A stretch of DNA of 64,000 nucleotides from Brevundimonas sp. (GTDB lineage Bacteria > Pseudomonadota > Alphaproteobacteria > Caulobacterales > Caulobacteraceae): positions 122,924 through 186,923 of the forward strand of contig NZ_JACVCG010000005.1 of NCBI RefSeq assembly GCF_016742135.1. The letters are read 5' to 3'. Shown one piece after another: positions 45,402 through 57,218 of the stretch; the first letter of the stretch is position 1, and every line of letters begins with the position of its first letter. A model generated the notes under the pieces. The model worked only from the letters and a program-made list of their open reading frames with translations, was not told where the DNA came from and ran no database searches. The position numbers were made by a program, and so were the translations under genes.

Positions 45402-46697
45402 GTGAACCTCAAGAGCCCCACCTTCATGCTTTTGTTCGCGGTCAGCCTGATCGCGGCGGCGGGTAATATGGCGCTGCAGTCGGTCCTGCCGGCGCTGGGG
45501 CGGGCGTTCGAGCTGTCCGACACACTCGTGGCCGGGGCCTTTGCCATCTCGGCGCTGATGTGGACCCTGACCTCGCCGGTCTGGGCGCGTCTGTCGGACC
45601 GGCTGGGGCGCAAGCGGGTCATCCTGATCGGCCTCGGCGGCTTCATCCTGTCGATGAGCGGCTTCGGCCTCGCCGCCACGGCGGGGCTCGAGGGCTGGCT
45701 TCTGGCGATCGTGGCCTTCTCCCTGATGGTGGTGGCCCGCACCGTCTATGGCCTGTTCGGCTCGGCAGCCCCTATTGCCTCCCAGGCCTATGTCGCCGAC
45801 CGGACAACCGCCGCCGAGCGGACCCAGGCGATGAGCTGGCTGGCCTCGGCCCAGGGGCTGGGCACCGTCGTCGGCCCGGCGCTGGCGCCCTTCTTCGTCC
45901 TGCCGCTCGTCGGGCTGGCGGGGCCTCTCTATGCCTTCGCCGCCATGGGCGCGGTCGTGCTGTGGGCGGTGTGGCGCTACCTGCCCAGTGGCGATGTGGT
46001 CCGCCAGCCGACCGACCGGCTGCGAGACCCCGGCCGGGGCCTGTGGCGCGATCCGCGCATCAAGGACTATCTGCTTTACGGCACGGCCCTGATGGCGGTG
46101 CAGGCCATCAACATCTCCGTCCTCGGCTTTCACGTCATCGACGAGCTGGCGGTCGAGGGCCTGGCCCCGTCCCAGGCCCAGCCCTTCATCGGCGTGGCCA
46201 TGCTGGCCGGGGCCGCCGCCACCCTGATGGTCCAGTGGGGCCTGATCCCCATGCTGAAGATGCAGCCGCGCGACCTGATTCGCTGGGGCGCGGGCCTGGC
46301 CCTGGTCGGCAATGCCATGAGCATCGCCTCGCCCGGTTTTTTCGGCGTGGTGGTCGGCTATGCCGTGGTGTCGATGGGCGTCGGCTTTGCCCGGCCGGGC
46401 TTTACCGCCGGATCGTCGCTGTCGGTCGGCCCGCATGAGCAGGGCGCGGTCGCGGGCCTGATGATGTCGCTGGCCGGCCTCAGCTTTCTGGCCCCGCCCC
46501 TGATCGGTGTCGGCCTCTATGAACTGGCGGAGCCCGCCCCCTTCATCTTCAATGTGATCCTGGGCCTTGCCGCCCTGATCGGCTGTTTCCTCAGCCCCGT
46601 TCTGCGGTTCGGGCCGGAGGACCTGCCGGACCGGGACGAGACGCCCGCGCCCGGCACCCCACCCGCGTCCCAGCCCGGCCCCGAAGGCAGTCGCTGA
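45402..46697 (+). CDS. MFS transporter
   Basis: WARLSDRLGRKRVILIG is MFS motif A. Multi-TM protein. GTG start after GAGGGAG. Confidence 0.85.
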   Translation: MNLKSPTFMLLFAVSLIAAAGNMALQSVLPALGRAFELSDTLVAGAFAISALMWTLTSPVWARLSDRLGRKRVILIGLGGFILSMSGFGLAATAGLEGWLLAIVAFSLMVVARTVYGLFGSAAPIASQAYVADRTTAAERTQAMSWLASAQGLGTVVGPALAPFFVLPLVGLAGPLYAFAAMGAVVLWAVWRYLPSGDVVRQPTDRLRDPGRGLWRDPRIKDYLLYGTALMAVQAINISVLGFHVIDELAVEGLAPSQAQPFIGVAMLAGAAATLMVQWGLIPMLKMQPRDLIRWGAGLALVGNAMSIASPGFFGVVVGYAVVSMGVGFARPGFTAGSSLSVGPHEQGAVAGLMMSLAGLSFLAPPLIGVGLYELAEPAPFIFNVILGLAALIGCFLSPVLRFGPEDLPDRDETPAPGTPPASQPGPEGSR

Positions 46698-46749
46698 CGG
46701 TAGTCTGACAGTATGGTCAGAGGGGGCGTCTCGTGGCACACCCCCGGCC

Positions 46750-47181
46750 ATGGATACACGCATTGAAAAACGAGTGGGCATCCAGGCGACGCCCGACCGC
46801 CTGTGGGACGTGCTGGTCGACTTCCCCGGCTGGAGCCGCTGGAACCCCTATGAGACTGACGTTGAGGGTACCCTGGGCTTCGGCGCGCCCTTTCGCCTGA
46901 CCGAAAGCTGGCCGGGCCCGCCCGCGCGGCGGGTCGAGGGCCGCCTGAACGAGTGGCAGCCGCTGGCCCAGCTGATCTGGGTGGAAAAGCGGGGCTGGCT
47001 GTTCTCGACCGTGCGCTATTTCGAGATCGAGGAACTGGACAAGGGCTCCTGCATCCTGGCCACCGGCATGATGTTCCAGGGGCTCCGGGGCGAACTGTTC
47101 ATGGACAAGCACCGCCGGGGCATCCGCGAGGCGCTGGGCGAAATCTGCGACCGGCTGAAGGTCGTCGCCGAACAGGGCTGA
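46750..47181 (+). CDS. SRPBCC (polyketide cyclase/START-like) family protein
   Basis: IEKRVGIQATPDRLWDVLVDFPGWSRWNP is a typical SRPBCC N-terminus. Confidence 0.7.
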   Translation: MDTRIEKRVGIQATPDRLWDVLVDFPGWSRWNPYETDVEGTLGFGAPFRLTESWPGPPARRVEGRLNEWQPLAQLIWVEKRGWLFSTVRYFEIEELDKGSCILATGMMFQGLRGELFMDKHRRGIREALGEICDRLKVVAEQG

Positions 47182-47184
47182 GCG

Positions 47185-48156
47185 TCAGCCGCCCCTGGCC
47201 ATCGTGTCCTGGATGTTGATGATCGCCGGCGTCAGGATGACGATGAACAGCACCGGCAGGAAGAACAGGATCATCGGCACGGTCAGCTTGGCCGGCAGGG
47301 CCGCGGCCTTCTTTTCCGCGGCCGACAGGCGCAGGTCGCGGTTTTCCTTGGCCATGGTGCGGAGGGCCGTGCCCAGCGGCGTGCCATAGGTCTCGGCCTG
47401 GGTCATGGCCGTGGCCACCGAGCGGATGCCCGGGTGGTTGGTGCGTTTGGCCAGACCCTCATAGGCCAGCCGCCGGTCCGGCAGATAGCTGAGCTCGGCC
47501 GACAACAGGGTCAGTTCCTCCGCCAGGTCGATGGAGGAGGCACCGATTTCCTGGCTGACCTTTTGCACCGCCGCCTCGATCGACATGCCCGCCTCGACAC
47601 AGATCAGCAGCAGGTCCAGTGCATCGGGAAAGGCCTGCATGATCGAGGTGCGGCGCTTGGAGATGCGGTTCGAGAGATAGAGGTTCGGCGCATAGAAGCC
47701 GGCCACCGCCGCCGCCATGACGGCCGTGATCCGGGTCATGACCGGCAGGCCGAAATCGTTGAACACGAACAGGTAGAAGGTCACCACCGCCATGAAGATG
47801 AACGGCATGGAGAAGCGGAAGAAGTAGAAGGTCGTCAGCGGCCGGGGTCCGCGATAGCCCGCCTGGGTCATCTTTTCGGCGACCTTGGGGTCTTCCAGCA
47901 GCTTGGTCAGGTTCAGCTGATCGACGACCCGCTTCTTGAACCCTTCGTCCGATTGCCGGAGGCTGCCGCCCTGGCTGGCCAGGGCCTGTCGCGACCGCCG
48001 CTTCAGGTCCTCGCGGCGCGCGGCGACCGCCTTCATCCGCTTGTCCAGCCCGACCCCGCCGCCCATCGAGGACAGCAGGGTGAAGACCGTGGCGAACACG
48101 GCCACAGCGACGCCGAGACTGAGCAGATTCTGGGGGTCTGTCAGAAACGCGATCAT
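47185..48156 (-). CDS. cpaH: Tad pilus inner-membrane platform protein TadC/CpaH
   Basis: T2SS-F-like domain. Located directly downstream of tadB/cpaG. Confidence 0.85.
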   Translation of the reverse strand: MIAFLTDPQNLLSLGVAVAVFATVFTLLSSMGGGVGLDKRMKAVAARREDLKRRSRQALASQGGSLRQSDEGFKKRVVDQLNLTKLLEDPKVAEKMTQAGYRGPRPLTTFYFFRFSMPFIFMAVVTFYLFVFNDFGLPVMTRITAVMAAAVAGFYAPNLYLSNRISKRRTSIMQAFPDALDLLLICVEAGMSIEAAVQKVSQEIGASSIDLAEELTLLSAELSYLPDRRLAYEGLAKRTNHPGIRSVATAMTQAETYGTPLGTALRTMAKENRDLRLSAAEKKAAALPAKLTVPMILFFLPVLFIVILTPAIINIQDTMARGG

Positions 48157-48184
48157 GCGGGCGTGTCCATGAAAGCCGGGCCCA

Positions 48185-49162
48185 TCAGAACTTGAACGAG
48201 ATCATCTTCTTCATGACGAAGATGCCCAGGGACATCATCGCCACGGCCACCAGAAGCATGAACTGACCCCGCGGGTCGGTGAACAGGATCATCATGTAGG
48301 CCGGGGTCGTCAGCGTCACGAGGATCATCACCGCCGGCGGCAACGAGCCGATGATGCCGGCCGAAGCCGTGGCTTCGGACGACAGGGCCTTGATCTTCTC
48401 GCCCATCATCCGCCGGGCGCGCAGCACCGTCGACAGATTGCTCAGCGCCTCGGCCAGGTTGCCGCCCGTCTTCTGCTGGATGGCCATGACGATCGAAAAG
48501 AATTTCAGCTCGGGCGTGGGCATGCGCTCATACATCTTGTTGAGCGCCTCAGACAGCGTCAGGCCGACGCCCAGCCCCTCGACCAGCCGCTGGAACTCGG
48601 GCCCGAGCGGGGACGGGCTCTCGCGGGCGATGATCTTGAAGCAGTCGTGGACCGGCAGACCCGACTTGATACCGCGCACAATGACGTCGACGGCGTCGGC
48701 GAACTGGCCGGAGAATTTCTTCATCCGTCCCTTGGCCAGGAAGGACAGCACCCAGCGCGGCAGGCCCAGCCCGAAGACCAGCGCCAGACCCAGTGCCAGC
48801 AGGATGTTCAGGCCGAACATCAGCGCCATCAGAAGGGTCGTCACGCCCAGGCCGCCGCTGATCAGCCAGAAGGTCCGGACGGTCAGGTTCAGCCCCGCAT
48901 GGCGGATGCGCGCCTTCAGCGACATGCGGGCCTTGCGGTCGGCGCGGTCGGCCTCCTGCAGCTGATCGACGATCTGCTTGCGGCGGGCCTCAGGGGTGTT
49001 GGCGGTGGCCGGCTTCTTCAGACGCCCGTTGTCGACCTTGGGACCGCCAAAGGTCTGGGCGCGCTTGACCGCCTGGGCGCTGGAGTCGTCACCGCCGACC
49101 AGCACCCAGCCGACCGAGCCGATGGTGATGAAGGCGAGAACCGCGGCAAGAAGGGCCAGCAT
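48185..49162 (-). CDS. cpaG: Tad pilus inner-membrane platform protein TadB/CpaG
   Basis: T2SS-F-like domain. Located downstream of cpaF. Confidence 0.85.
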   Translation of the reverse strand: MLALLAAVLAFITIGSVGWVLVGGDDSSAQAVKRAQTFGGPKVDNGRLKKPATANTPEARRKQIVDQLQEADRADRKARMSLKARIRHAGLNLTVRTFWLISGGLGVTTLLMALMFGLNILLALGLALVFGLGLPRWVLSFLAKGRMKKFSGQFADAVDVIVRGIKSGLPVHDCFKIIARESPSPLGPEFQRLVEGLGVGLTLSEALNKMYERMPTPELKFFSIVMAIQQKTGGNLAEALSNLSTVLRARRMMGEKIKALSSEATASAGIIGSLPPAVMILVTLTTPAYMMILFTDPRGQFMLLVAVAMMSLGIFVMKKMISFKF

Positions 49163-49167
49163 CGGCG

Positions 49168-50808
<1,641 letters not shown>

Positions 50809-50816
50809 CGGGGCCT

Positions 50817-52346
50817 TCAGCCTTTCCTGAACAGGCTGCCGAACATCGACTTGCCCTTGCCCTTCGGCCCGGCCACGGCCGGCAACTCGCGGCAGGACAC
50901 GATCTGGGCCAGGGTCTGGAAGGCGGCCGCCGACTTCGACTTGTCGTTCAGGTCCAGCACCATCTGGCCGTTGTTGGCGGCGGTGCCGAACACCTTGGGC
51001 TCGAACGGGATGATCAGGCTGGGATGAACGCCCAGCGCCGCACCGAAGTCCTTGGCCGGAATCTCGGGACGTCCGGGCACGCCGACCTGGTTCAGCACCA
51101 GACGCGGCGGCGCATCATTGGGCCGGCCCTGACGGACAAGGTCGATCATGTTCTTGGCATTGCGCAGCGACGCCAGGTCGGGGGTCGCAACCACCACCAC
51201 CTCATCCGCCGAAATCAGACTGCGGCGCATCCAGCCGCTCCAGATGTGCGGCAGATCCAGTACCACGAAGGGGGCCGTCGCCCGGATGCGGCTGGTGACC
51301 TCCTCGAACGCCTCCACCGAGATGTCCCAGTCCGTTTCCAGCGTCGCGGGAGCGGCAAACAGGCTGAGCTTGTCGGTGCAGCGCACCATCATCCGGTCCA
51401 GCAGGGTGGCGTCCAGACGATCCGGCTGGCTGAGCGCGTCGGCCACGCCATTCAGCGGATCCTGGTTGAAGTCCAGCCCCGCCGTGCCGAACGGCAGATC
51501 ATAGTCCACGATCACCGTATTGGCGCCGATCCGCTCGCTCATCGCATAGGCGGTGTTGTGGGCGACCGAGGACGCCCCCGTTCCGCCCCGCGCCCCGACG
51601 AAGGCGATCGACCGGCCGACGAACGGCTGGGCGGGGTCCGAGAACAGGCCCCCGATGGCCGCGATCAGCTGCAACGGCTGCAGCGGCGCGACCAGATATT
51701 CGCTGACCCCACGCCGCATCAGCTCACGGAACAGCAGGATGTCGTTGGTGGCCCCGATTACCACCACCTTGGTGCCTGCGTCGCAGACCTCGGCGAGGCT
51801 GTCGATCTCGGCCAGCAGGGTGTGCGGGTCCTTCAGGCACTCGACCACGATCAGGGGCGGGGTCGGCTCATGGGCATAGGTTTCGATGGCTGCCGGGATG
51901 CCACCCACGCGGATGTGGGTGGTGGCGCGCGCCATGCGCCGGTCCTTGCCCGCCCGGTCGGCGGCCGCCAGCGTGTCCTGACGCTCGGCGAAGACGTGGA
52001 TGGCGATGCGCGGGATCGAGACGCCGGCGGTGTCCTGCTGGCCGTAGCCGGGGCCGGAGGCGACCTCGGGCAGGCCGGTTCCGATCGGGGCCAGCGCGGC
52101 CGAGGCTCCGGCCACCAGCTCGCCGACCGGATTGAAGGGCTCGGCCCCTGACGGAAAGGCGGTCGGCGCCGATGCGGCCGGAAAGACCGACGGCTCGCTG
52201 CCGATCGGGGCGGTGAACTGCAGCGGCTCATGGGCCGGAGCACGCGCCGGCGCCGCCGTCCGGGCATAGCTCATGTCCAGATCGAAGGACTCGTCCAGAT
52301 CCGCGTCATAGGCGTCTTCGGGTCGGGGGAAGGCTGAGGCGTTCAT
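50817..52346 (-). CDS. cpaE: pilus assembly protein CpaE/TadZ (MinD/ParA-like)
   Basis: Deviant Walker box GARGGTGASSVAHN with an N-terminal receiver-like domain. Confidence 0.9.
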   Translation of the reverse strand: MNASAFPRPEDAYDADLDESFDLDMSYARTAAPARAPAHEPLQFTAPIGSEPSVFPAASAPTAFPSGAEPFNPVGELVAGASAALAPIGTGLPEVASGPGYGQQDTAGVSIPRIAIHVFAERQDTLAAADRAGKDRRMARATTHIRVGGIPAAIETYAHEPTPPLIVVECLKDPHTLLAEIDSLAEVCDAGTKVVVIGATNDILLFRELMRRGVSEYLVAPLQPLQLIAAIGGLFSDPAQPFVGRSIAFVGARGGTGASSVAHNTAYAMSERIGANTVIVDYDLPFGTAGLDFNQDPLNGVADALSQPDRLDATLLDRMMVRCTDKLSLFAAPATLETDWDISVEAFEEVTSRIRATAPFVVLDLPHIWSGWMRRSLISADEVVVVATPDLASLRNAKNMIDLVRQGRPNDAPPRLVLNQVGVPGRPEIPAKDFGAALGVHPSLIIPFEPKVFGTAANNGQMVLDLNDKSKSAAAFQTLAQIVSCRELPAVAGPKGKGKSMFGSLFRKG

Positions 52347-52352
52347 CGGGCC

Positions 52353-53045
52353 CTATTCCACCGCCCGTGCGATGCGACCATTGACCAGGTCTTCCTGGGG
52401 CGCGGACGTCCGCTCACCCGCGCGATAGTTCTGGAACACCACGGCGGCACGGCCCGAGTCCGCGGGCGTCATGGCGCGCGGGCGCACGATGTCGCGCGGA
52501 TCGTCGATCTGGGCGGCCATATTGGCCGTCACCGCGCAGCCCAGCCCCCGCGAGGGCGCATTGCTGTAGCGGGGGCGGGCGGCGCTGTTCACGGCGGCAC
52601 AGTTCGGGATCACCGCCTGGACGGTGTCGAAGCCGACCAGCACCGGCGCGCGCGGATCAGGGGCGGCATAGCCTTCGACGCGAATGCGCTCTTCGGGCAC
52701 GCCGCGCGCAGTCAGGGCCGCCTTGACCGACCAGGCCATGTCGGAGGCCGCGGCATCGCCGCCGCCCGGGGCCTGGATCAGCACACCGCCGGTCCCGGAG
52801 GCCCAGTAGCGCTGGACCAGGGCGTCGATGGCCGCCGTCTGGTTCGCGGACATCCCCCGGTCGTGAACCGCCAGCGCGATCCGGTCGAGGCCCGGCTCGA
52901 CCTGCATATAGTACTGCGAAATCGGCGTCAGCGGCGTCATGCCGGTGCCCGTGCCGGCCCCACAGGCCGACAGGGCCAGCGCCGCGGCGGCGACGCCCAG
53001 GACAGCAAGGGTGCGGGGGGTGCGGAGGGTCATGTCCGGCCTCAT
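52353..53045 (-). CDS. cpaD: pilus assembly lipoprotein CpaD
   Basis: Lipobox LALSAC. Position between cpaC and cpaE. ATGA overlap with the cpaC stop. Confidence 0.8.
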   Translation of the reverse strand: MRPDMTLRTPRTLAVLGVAAAALALSACGAGTGTGMTPLTPISQYYMQVEPGLDRIALAVHDRGMSANQTAAIDALVQRYWASGTGGVLIQAPGGGDAAASDMAWSVKAALTARGVPEERIRVEGYAAPDPRAPVLVGFDTVQAVIPNCAAVNSAARPRYSNAPSRGLGCAVTANMAAQIDDPRDIVRPRAMTPADSGRAAVVFQNYRAGERTSAPQEDLVNGRIARAVE

Positions 53046-54475
53046 TCGATCACATAGCCGACCGGGCCGACCCAGCGGGGCGGCGCGGCGTCACCGGTCT
53101 GGCGGGCCGGGCCATAGGTCTGGGTCAACTGGCCGAACAGCAGGGTCGAGGCATCGCCCGCGATGCTCAGGCCGTCCGCCGGGGTCTGCAGCCGGTCCGG
53201 GCTGGTCGGCGAGACGATATAGGCCTCGAGAATGATCACCAGCTCCGTCTCGTTCGACAGATAATCGCGCGAGCGGAACAGTCCCCCGGCCACCGGAATG
53301 TCGCCCAGCAGCGGCAGCTGGTCGATATTCTGGCGGGTATCCTCGCGCAGCAGGCCCGCGATCATCAGCGACCCGCCGGACGGCAGTTCCACGGTCGAGG
53401 AGGCGCGGCGCACGTTCAAGGCCGGTATGACCAGCGCATTGTCGGCCGTGCCGCCCAGGGTAAAGGCCCCGGTGGTGGTCAGTTCCGACACCTCGGTCGA
53501 CAGCTGCAGCGAAATCCGCCCACCGGACAGCACGATCGGGCGGAAGGCCAGTCGCACCCCGTACGGCTTGAACTCGATCAGGATATTGCCGCGGTCGTCG
53601 CGACCGACGGGGACCGGGAACTCCCCGCCCGCCAGGAATTCGGCATTCTCGCCCGAGACCGAGGTGGCATTGGGCTCGGCCAGCACCCGCACCAGGCCCG
53701 CCCGCTCGAAGGCGCGCAGGGTGCCGGTCAGGCCCTCGCCGTCATTGTTGGCGTCCGTATAGCGCAGGACACCGCCCCCCAGCTGGCTGCCCGACACGGC
53801 GAAGGTCGCCGAATTGGTCAGCTGCAGGCCGTCACCAACCGTGTCCAGGATGGCGGTGACGTCGAATCCCAGCTGCTTGACGGCCGAGCGCTGCACCTCG
53901 ATCACGCGCGCGCGGACCATCACCTGGTCCGAGCCCGTGATGGTCATCATATTGATGATCTTTTCGGGGGAATCGACGAAGGCCCGGGCGATCTGGGTCA
54001 CGCGATCCGCCTCGCCCGGGCTGGACACCGTCCCGGTCAGCAGGATCCGGTCATTGACCGCCTCGGCCCGCACATCGGTGCCGGGAAGGATGCGGCCCAG
54101 CGTGTCCTGAAGGGCGCTGACCCCGGCATCGACCCGGATCCGCAGCGTCAGGATCGAGCGACCGGCGGCATCCAGAAACACGGCATCGGTTTCGCCGGGG
54201 GCCAGGCCGATGATGGTGATACGGCGCGGCGTATGAAGAACCGCCTCGGCCACGGTGGGGTTCGAGACGATGACGTCCCGGGCGGCGCTCGGCAGATCGA
54301 CCGCCATGGACGTGCCGCGCGGCAGGCTGACCAGACGCGTGCCGGTGCCCATGGTCACCACTTCCCGGCTCTGGGCCTGAACCGGCGCGGCCGACAGGGG
54401 CATGCCCAGCACCAGCGTCGCCAGCGCCGCGAGCGCCGTGCCTCCGCTTCTGAACAGACGCGACATCGGGCTCAT
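53042..54475 (-). CDS. cpaC: Tad pilus secretin CpaC/RcpA
   Basis: Signal peptide, BON-like N-domain and C-terminal secretin domain (SGGSLMIAGLL...LPLLGDIPVAGGLFRS). Confidence 0.92.
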   Translation of the reverse strand: MSPMSRLFRSGGTALAALATLVLGMPLSAAPVQAQSREVVTMGTGTRLVSLPRGTSMAVDLPSAARDVIVSNPTVAEAVLHTPRRITIIGLAPGETDAVFLDAAGRSILTLRIRVDAGVSALQDTLGRILPGTDVRAEAVNDRILLTGTVSSPGEADRVTQIARAFVDSPEKIINMMTITGSDQVMVRARVIEVQRSAVKQLGFDVTAILDTVGDGLQLTNSATFAVSGSQLGGGVLRYTDANNDGEGLTGTLRAFERAGLVRVLAEPNATSVSGENAEFLAGGEFPVPVGRDDRGNILIEFKPYGVRLAFRPIVLSGGRISLQLSTEVSELTTTGAFTLGGTADNALVIPALNVRRASSTVELPSGGSLMIAGLLREDTRQNIDQLPLLGDIPVAGGLFRSRDYLSNETELVIILEAYIVSPTSPDRLQTPADGLSIAGDASTLLFGQLTQTYGPARQTGDAAPPRWVGPVGYVIE

Positions 54476-55392
54476 GGGACCACCACCACTTCGGTTTCGC
54501 CGCCGCGATAGACACGCACCGTGCCCCCCTGGGCATTGGGCATGGCCCCGACCCGGCCGGACGGACCCCCGGTATCGGCATAGGAGCGCAGCACCAGGCT
54601 CAGCTCCCCCTCGGACTTGGCCAGCGCCAGGGCCTCGGCGTCGCCGGGCCGGACCTCGAGGGTGGCCGTGGCGCCCACGACCGCCTGCTCGCTGTCCGAG
54701 ACGCGGGTGGCCTGGTCGATGGCGAGCACCTTGACGTTCTGAAGGACGGTGGAGGAGGCAAAGCGTGGCCGGTCGCCTTCCTGGGCACCCATGTTCGCCA
54801 GATTGGTTGCGCGCGTCAGCAGCACATCGACCCGGTCCCCGGGCAGGATGAATCCGCCGGCGGCGGTCTCGACGGTCACGCGGATGGCCATGGCCCGCAT
54901 GCCGGGTTCCAGATAGGCGGCCATATAGCCGCTGTCTCCGGCCGGCACGACCTTGCGCGCCACGATCGGCTCTCCGGCCAGAATGGTTTCGCGCACGACG
55001 GCGCCGACGAAATCGGATTTGGACGCCTGGGTGACCGCCTCGGTCGCGGCCCGGGTCACGCGGGCCACCGCGCCGTCGGGCTTCCGGGTTTCAGCCGCCG
55101 TCTGGCCCCGGGCGGGGATCGGCACCGTGCCGTCCGTGACATAGCTGGCGTCGACCGCGCTGACGGCCCAGTCCTTCCAGATCATGTCCGCGGCGGTCAG
55201 GCGGCTGCCGGCCTGCAGGTCCTTGGCGGCCACCAGCACCTTGGCCATGGGCTCGGTCGGTCCGGCCGGGGCTTCGGCGGCAGCGGGCGTGGTCGGCTGG
55301 CCCGAGGACGAGCCCATGGTGCGCACCACCAGGGCCAGGCCGATGGCGGAGATGGCCGCGACACAGATCACGATGATACGGGCGGGCTTCAT
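54472..55392 (-). CDS. cpaB: Flp pilus assembly protein CpaB/RcpC
   Basis: N-terminal TM segment, SAF-like domain and RcpC C-terminal domain. Conserved position. Confidence 0.88.
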   Translation of the reverse strand: MKPARIIVICVAAISAIGLALVVRTMGSSSGQPTTPAAAEAPAGPTEPMAKVLVAAKDLQAGSRLTAADMIWKDWAVSAVDASYVTDGTVPIPARGQTAAETRKPDGAVARVTRAATEAVTQASKSDFVGAVVRETILAGEPIVARKVVPAGDSGYMAAYLEPGMRAMAIRVTVETAAGGFILPGDRVDVLLTRATNLANMGAQEGDRPRFASSTVLQNVKVLAIDQATRVSDSEQAVVGATATLEVRPGDAEALALAKSEGELSLVLRSYADTGGPSGRVGAMPNAQGGTVRVYRGGETEVVVVP

Positions 55393-55511
55393 CCAGGGTC
55401 TCCGACGGCGAGCGGTCGACCCGAATCATGCCTCGGGCAACCTGACCGTTAACGACCATGAAGGGCGCGAGTTAACGCTCCCCTAAGCCCGGATTCACAA
55501 GTGCTTCCGCG

Positions 55512-56027
55512 TCAGAAGCCGGCGGCGAATCGCTCGACCAGCGCGCTGGCCGGATAGGCCAGCAGGGCCCCGGCCGCGATGGCCACGCCATAGGGAATAT
55601 CGCCCTTGGGCTCCATCAGCTGCGCGATCCAGCCAGGTGCCCCGATCACGAAGGGACGGGCATGGAACCGGGCAAAGATCAGGATCAGACAGAAGGCTCC
55701 GCCGGCGATACCCGTCCACAGCAGGAAATAGCCGGACCCCGACACGCCCAGCCACAGGCAGGAGGCCGCCATCAGCTTGGCGTCCCCGCCGCCGATCCAG
55801 CGCAGGGCGAACATGCCGGCGCCCACGAACAGCGCCAGAATCGCCACCCCGACGTGGGCGGCCACAGTCGACAGGGGCAGGCCGACCGCAAGCGCCGTCG
55901 GAAAGAACGCCCCGATCAGGATCAGCGAGATCCAGTTCGGAATGGTCATCGACGTCAGGTCCTTGAGCCCGGCGATGATCACCAGGGCGGGCAGGGCTGC
56001 CAGCAATATCAGGGTCAGTGTGTCCAT
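55512..56027 (-). CDS. cpaA: prepilin peptidase CpaA (A24 family)
   Basis: DLTSMTIPNW and GGGDAKLMAA catalytic Asp motifs. ATG at 56027. Confidence 0.88.
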   Translation of the reverse strand: MDTLTLILLAALPALVIIAGLKDLTSMTIPNWISLILIGAFFPTALAVGLPLSTVAAHVGVAILALFVGAGMFALRWIGGGDAKLMAASCLWLGVSGSGYFLLWTGIAGGAFCLILIFARFHARPFVIGAPGWIAQLMEPKGDIPYGVAIAAGALLAYPASALVERFAAGF

Positions 56028-56093
56028 GGCGGAACCCTCGCACGACACGCGTTAAGGCGGGGTTTCCCCGGTCCGGTCTCGTGCCAAAGGAAA

Positions 56094-56124
56094 GGGGGCC
56101 GAAGCGTCGCCGCTCCGGCCCCCC
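56094..56124 (-). terminator. intrinsic terminator of pilA copy 1
   Basis: Minus strand has a GGGGGCCGGAGCG-GCGA-CGCTTCGGCCCCC stem of 13 bp (one G-U pair) followed by TTTCC. Confidence 0.65.
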
Positions 56125-56152
56125 AACCGTGGTTTCAAGACGTGTCGGCGGT

Positions 56153-56332
56153 TTAGGCGCCGGCTTCGCCACCCATGCCGGTGACGACTTCGTTGAACTT
56201 GGTCTTGATGGTCGTGCCGAGGGCGGTCACGGCCGAGATGATGACAACGGCGATCAGGGCCGCGATCAGGCCGTATTCGATGGCCGTGGCGCCGGATTCG
56301 TCCTTGGCAAAGCGAGCGATGAACTTGGTCAT
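56153..56332 (-). CDS. pilA: Flp-family type IVb pilin, copy 1
   Basis: 59 aa, MTKFIARFAKDESGATAIEYGLIAALIAVVIISAVTALGTTIKTKFNEVVTGMGGEAGA, with the Flp motif G/ATAIEYGLI. Below the ORF-track cutoff; found by identity with copy 2. Confidence 0.9.
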   Translation of the reverse strand: MTKFIARFAKDESGATAIEYGLIAALIAVVIISAVTALGTTIKTKFNEVVTGMGGEAGA

Positions 56333-56461
56333 GGGTATCCTCTTGGTCGGTTCTTGTGCGGGCTTGGTGGGGGAGACGGTCGCCCGCTGAGCCCCCGGAT
56401 TGCACGCTCACCCTAGCCGGGGGCAGTTAAGGAGCCGTCGAGAGTAATGGTTATTTGTCGT

Positions 56462-56477
56462 TTACTCTGATTTTTAC
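56462..56477. promoter_or_regulatory. TTAC-TCTGATT-TTTAC motif plus ATGGTTAT (56447-56454) upstream of pilA copy 1
   Basis: AT-rich patch 115-145 nt upstream of the pilA1 ATG. Related to the CtrA box TTAA-N7-TTAAC and to the TTAACCAT half-site (as its reverse complement). Confidence 0.4.
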
Positions 56478-56515
56478 TTTGCGACGCGGCGGACGCGATC
56501 GCCGCATGCCCCCGT

Positions 56516-56665
56516 CTCCTCCCCATCCCTGATGGGGAGGGGGACCGTCCGTAGCCCGAAGGGCGAAGGAGGGTGGAGGGGTTCTTCACCGCATGCACAC
56601 CCTCAAGAACCCCTCCGTCACGTCGGCTGCGCCGCCGCGCCACCTCCCCAGCTTTGCTTGGGGAG
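56516..56665. repeat. cluster of three strong hairpins in the pilA-pilA spacer
   Basis: REP unit 56516-56581. Perfect 12-bp inverted repeat GGAGGGGTTCTT (56575-56586) / AAGAACCCCTCC (56605-56616). Hairpin CTCCCCAGC-TTTG-GCTTGGGGAG at 56644-56665. Confidence 0.75.
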
Positions 56666-57159
56666 GAGACATGTGTTGCGATGGCCGCCCCGCAATTCCC
56701 CAACCGTTTCAACACCCCCTCCGTGTCTCGCACCGTTCTTCCCGACCAGGTCGCGAGCTGTGCAATCCTCACAGCGTCCCGTCGCGCGGAGGGCTCGTAA
56801 GGCCTGCGACCTTGCGGCGGCGGGAGCGGATGGAGCGGGGTTGAAGGCGGCGCTGTCCGGCTTCCGGGTCTCAGGGAGGCTTCGGGCGCCGGGCGCAAGG
56901 CCCGCCTTCAACATTGGGCTGAGGGGGATACTCAGTCGTTCCGGGAGGTGTCGCAGGACACCCCCGCCCGTCGGGGGCGCTGCGGTAAGGCCCGAACACG
57001 GCCACCCGACGCAAGCTCCCGGAAAACCACCCGCGCGGAGCGTCTGTCTTCGTCGAAACGGTATTTATTCATTCACTCCGGGCGAAGGCCCGGCGCTCCG
57101 CCTGCCCTCCAACCTCTGCCCCCGGGCGAGAGGGACGTTCGCGTGCCGGAACACGGAAA

Positions 57160-57190
57160 GGGGGCCGAAGCGTCGCCGCTCCGGCCCCCC
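57160..57190 (-). terminator. intrinsic terminator of pilA copy 2
   Basis: Identical sequence to 56094-56124. Confidence 0.65.
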
Positions 57191-57218
57191 AACCGTGGTT
57201 TCAAGACGTGTCGGCGGT

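Noticed and set aside
56413-56898. 161-aa ORF inside the pilA-pilA spacer.
   Set aside because: It has Arg/Pro/Ser-rich composition, runs through REP-type hairpins and has no Shine-Dalgarno sequence. I treat it as non-coding.
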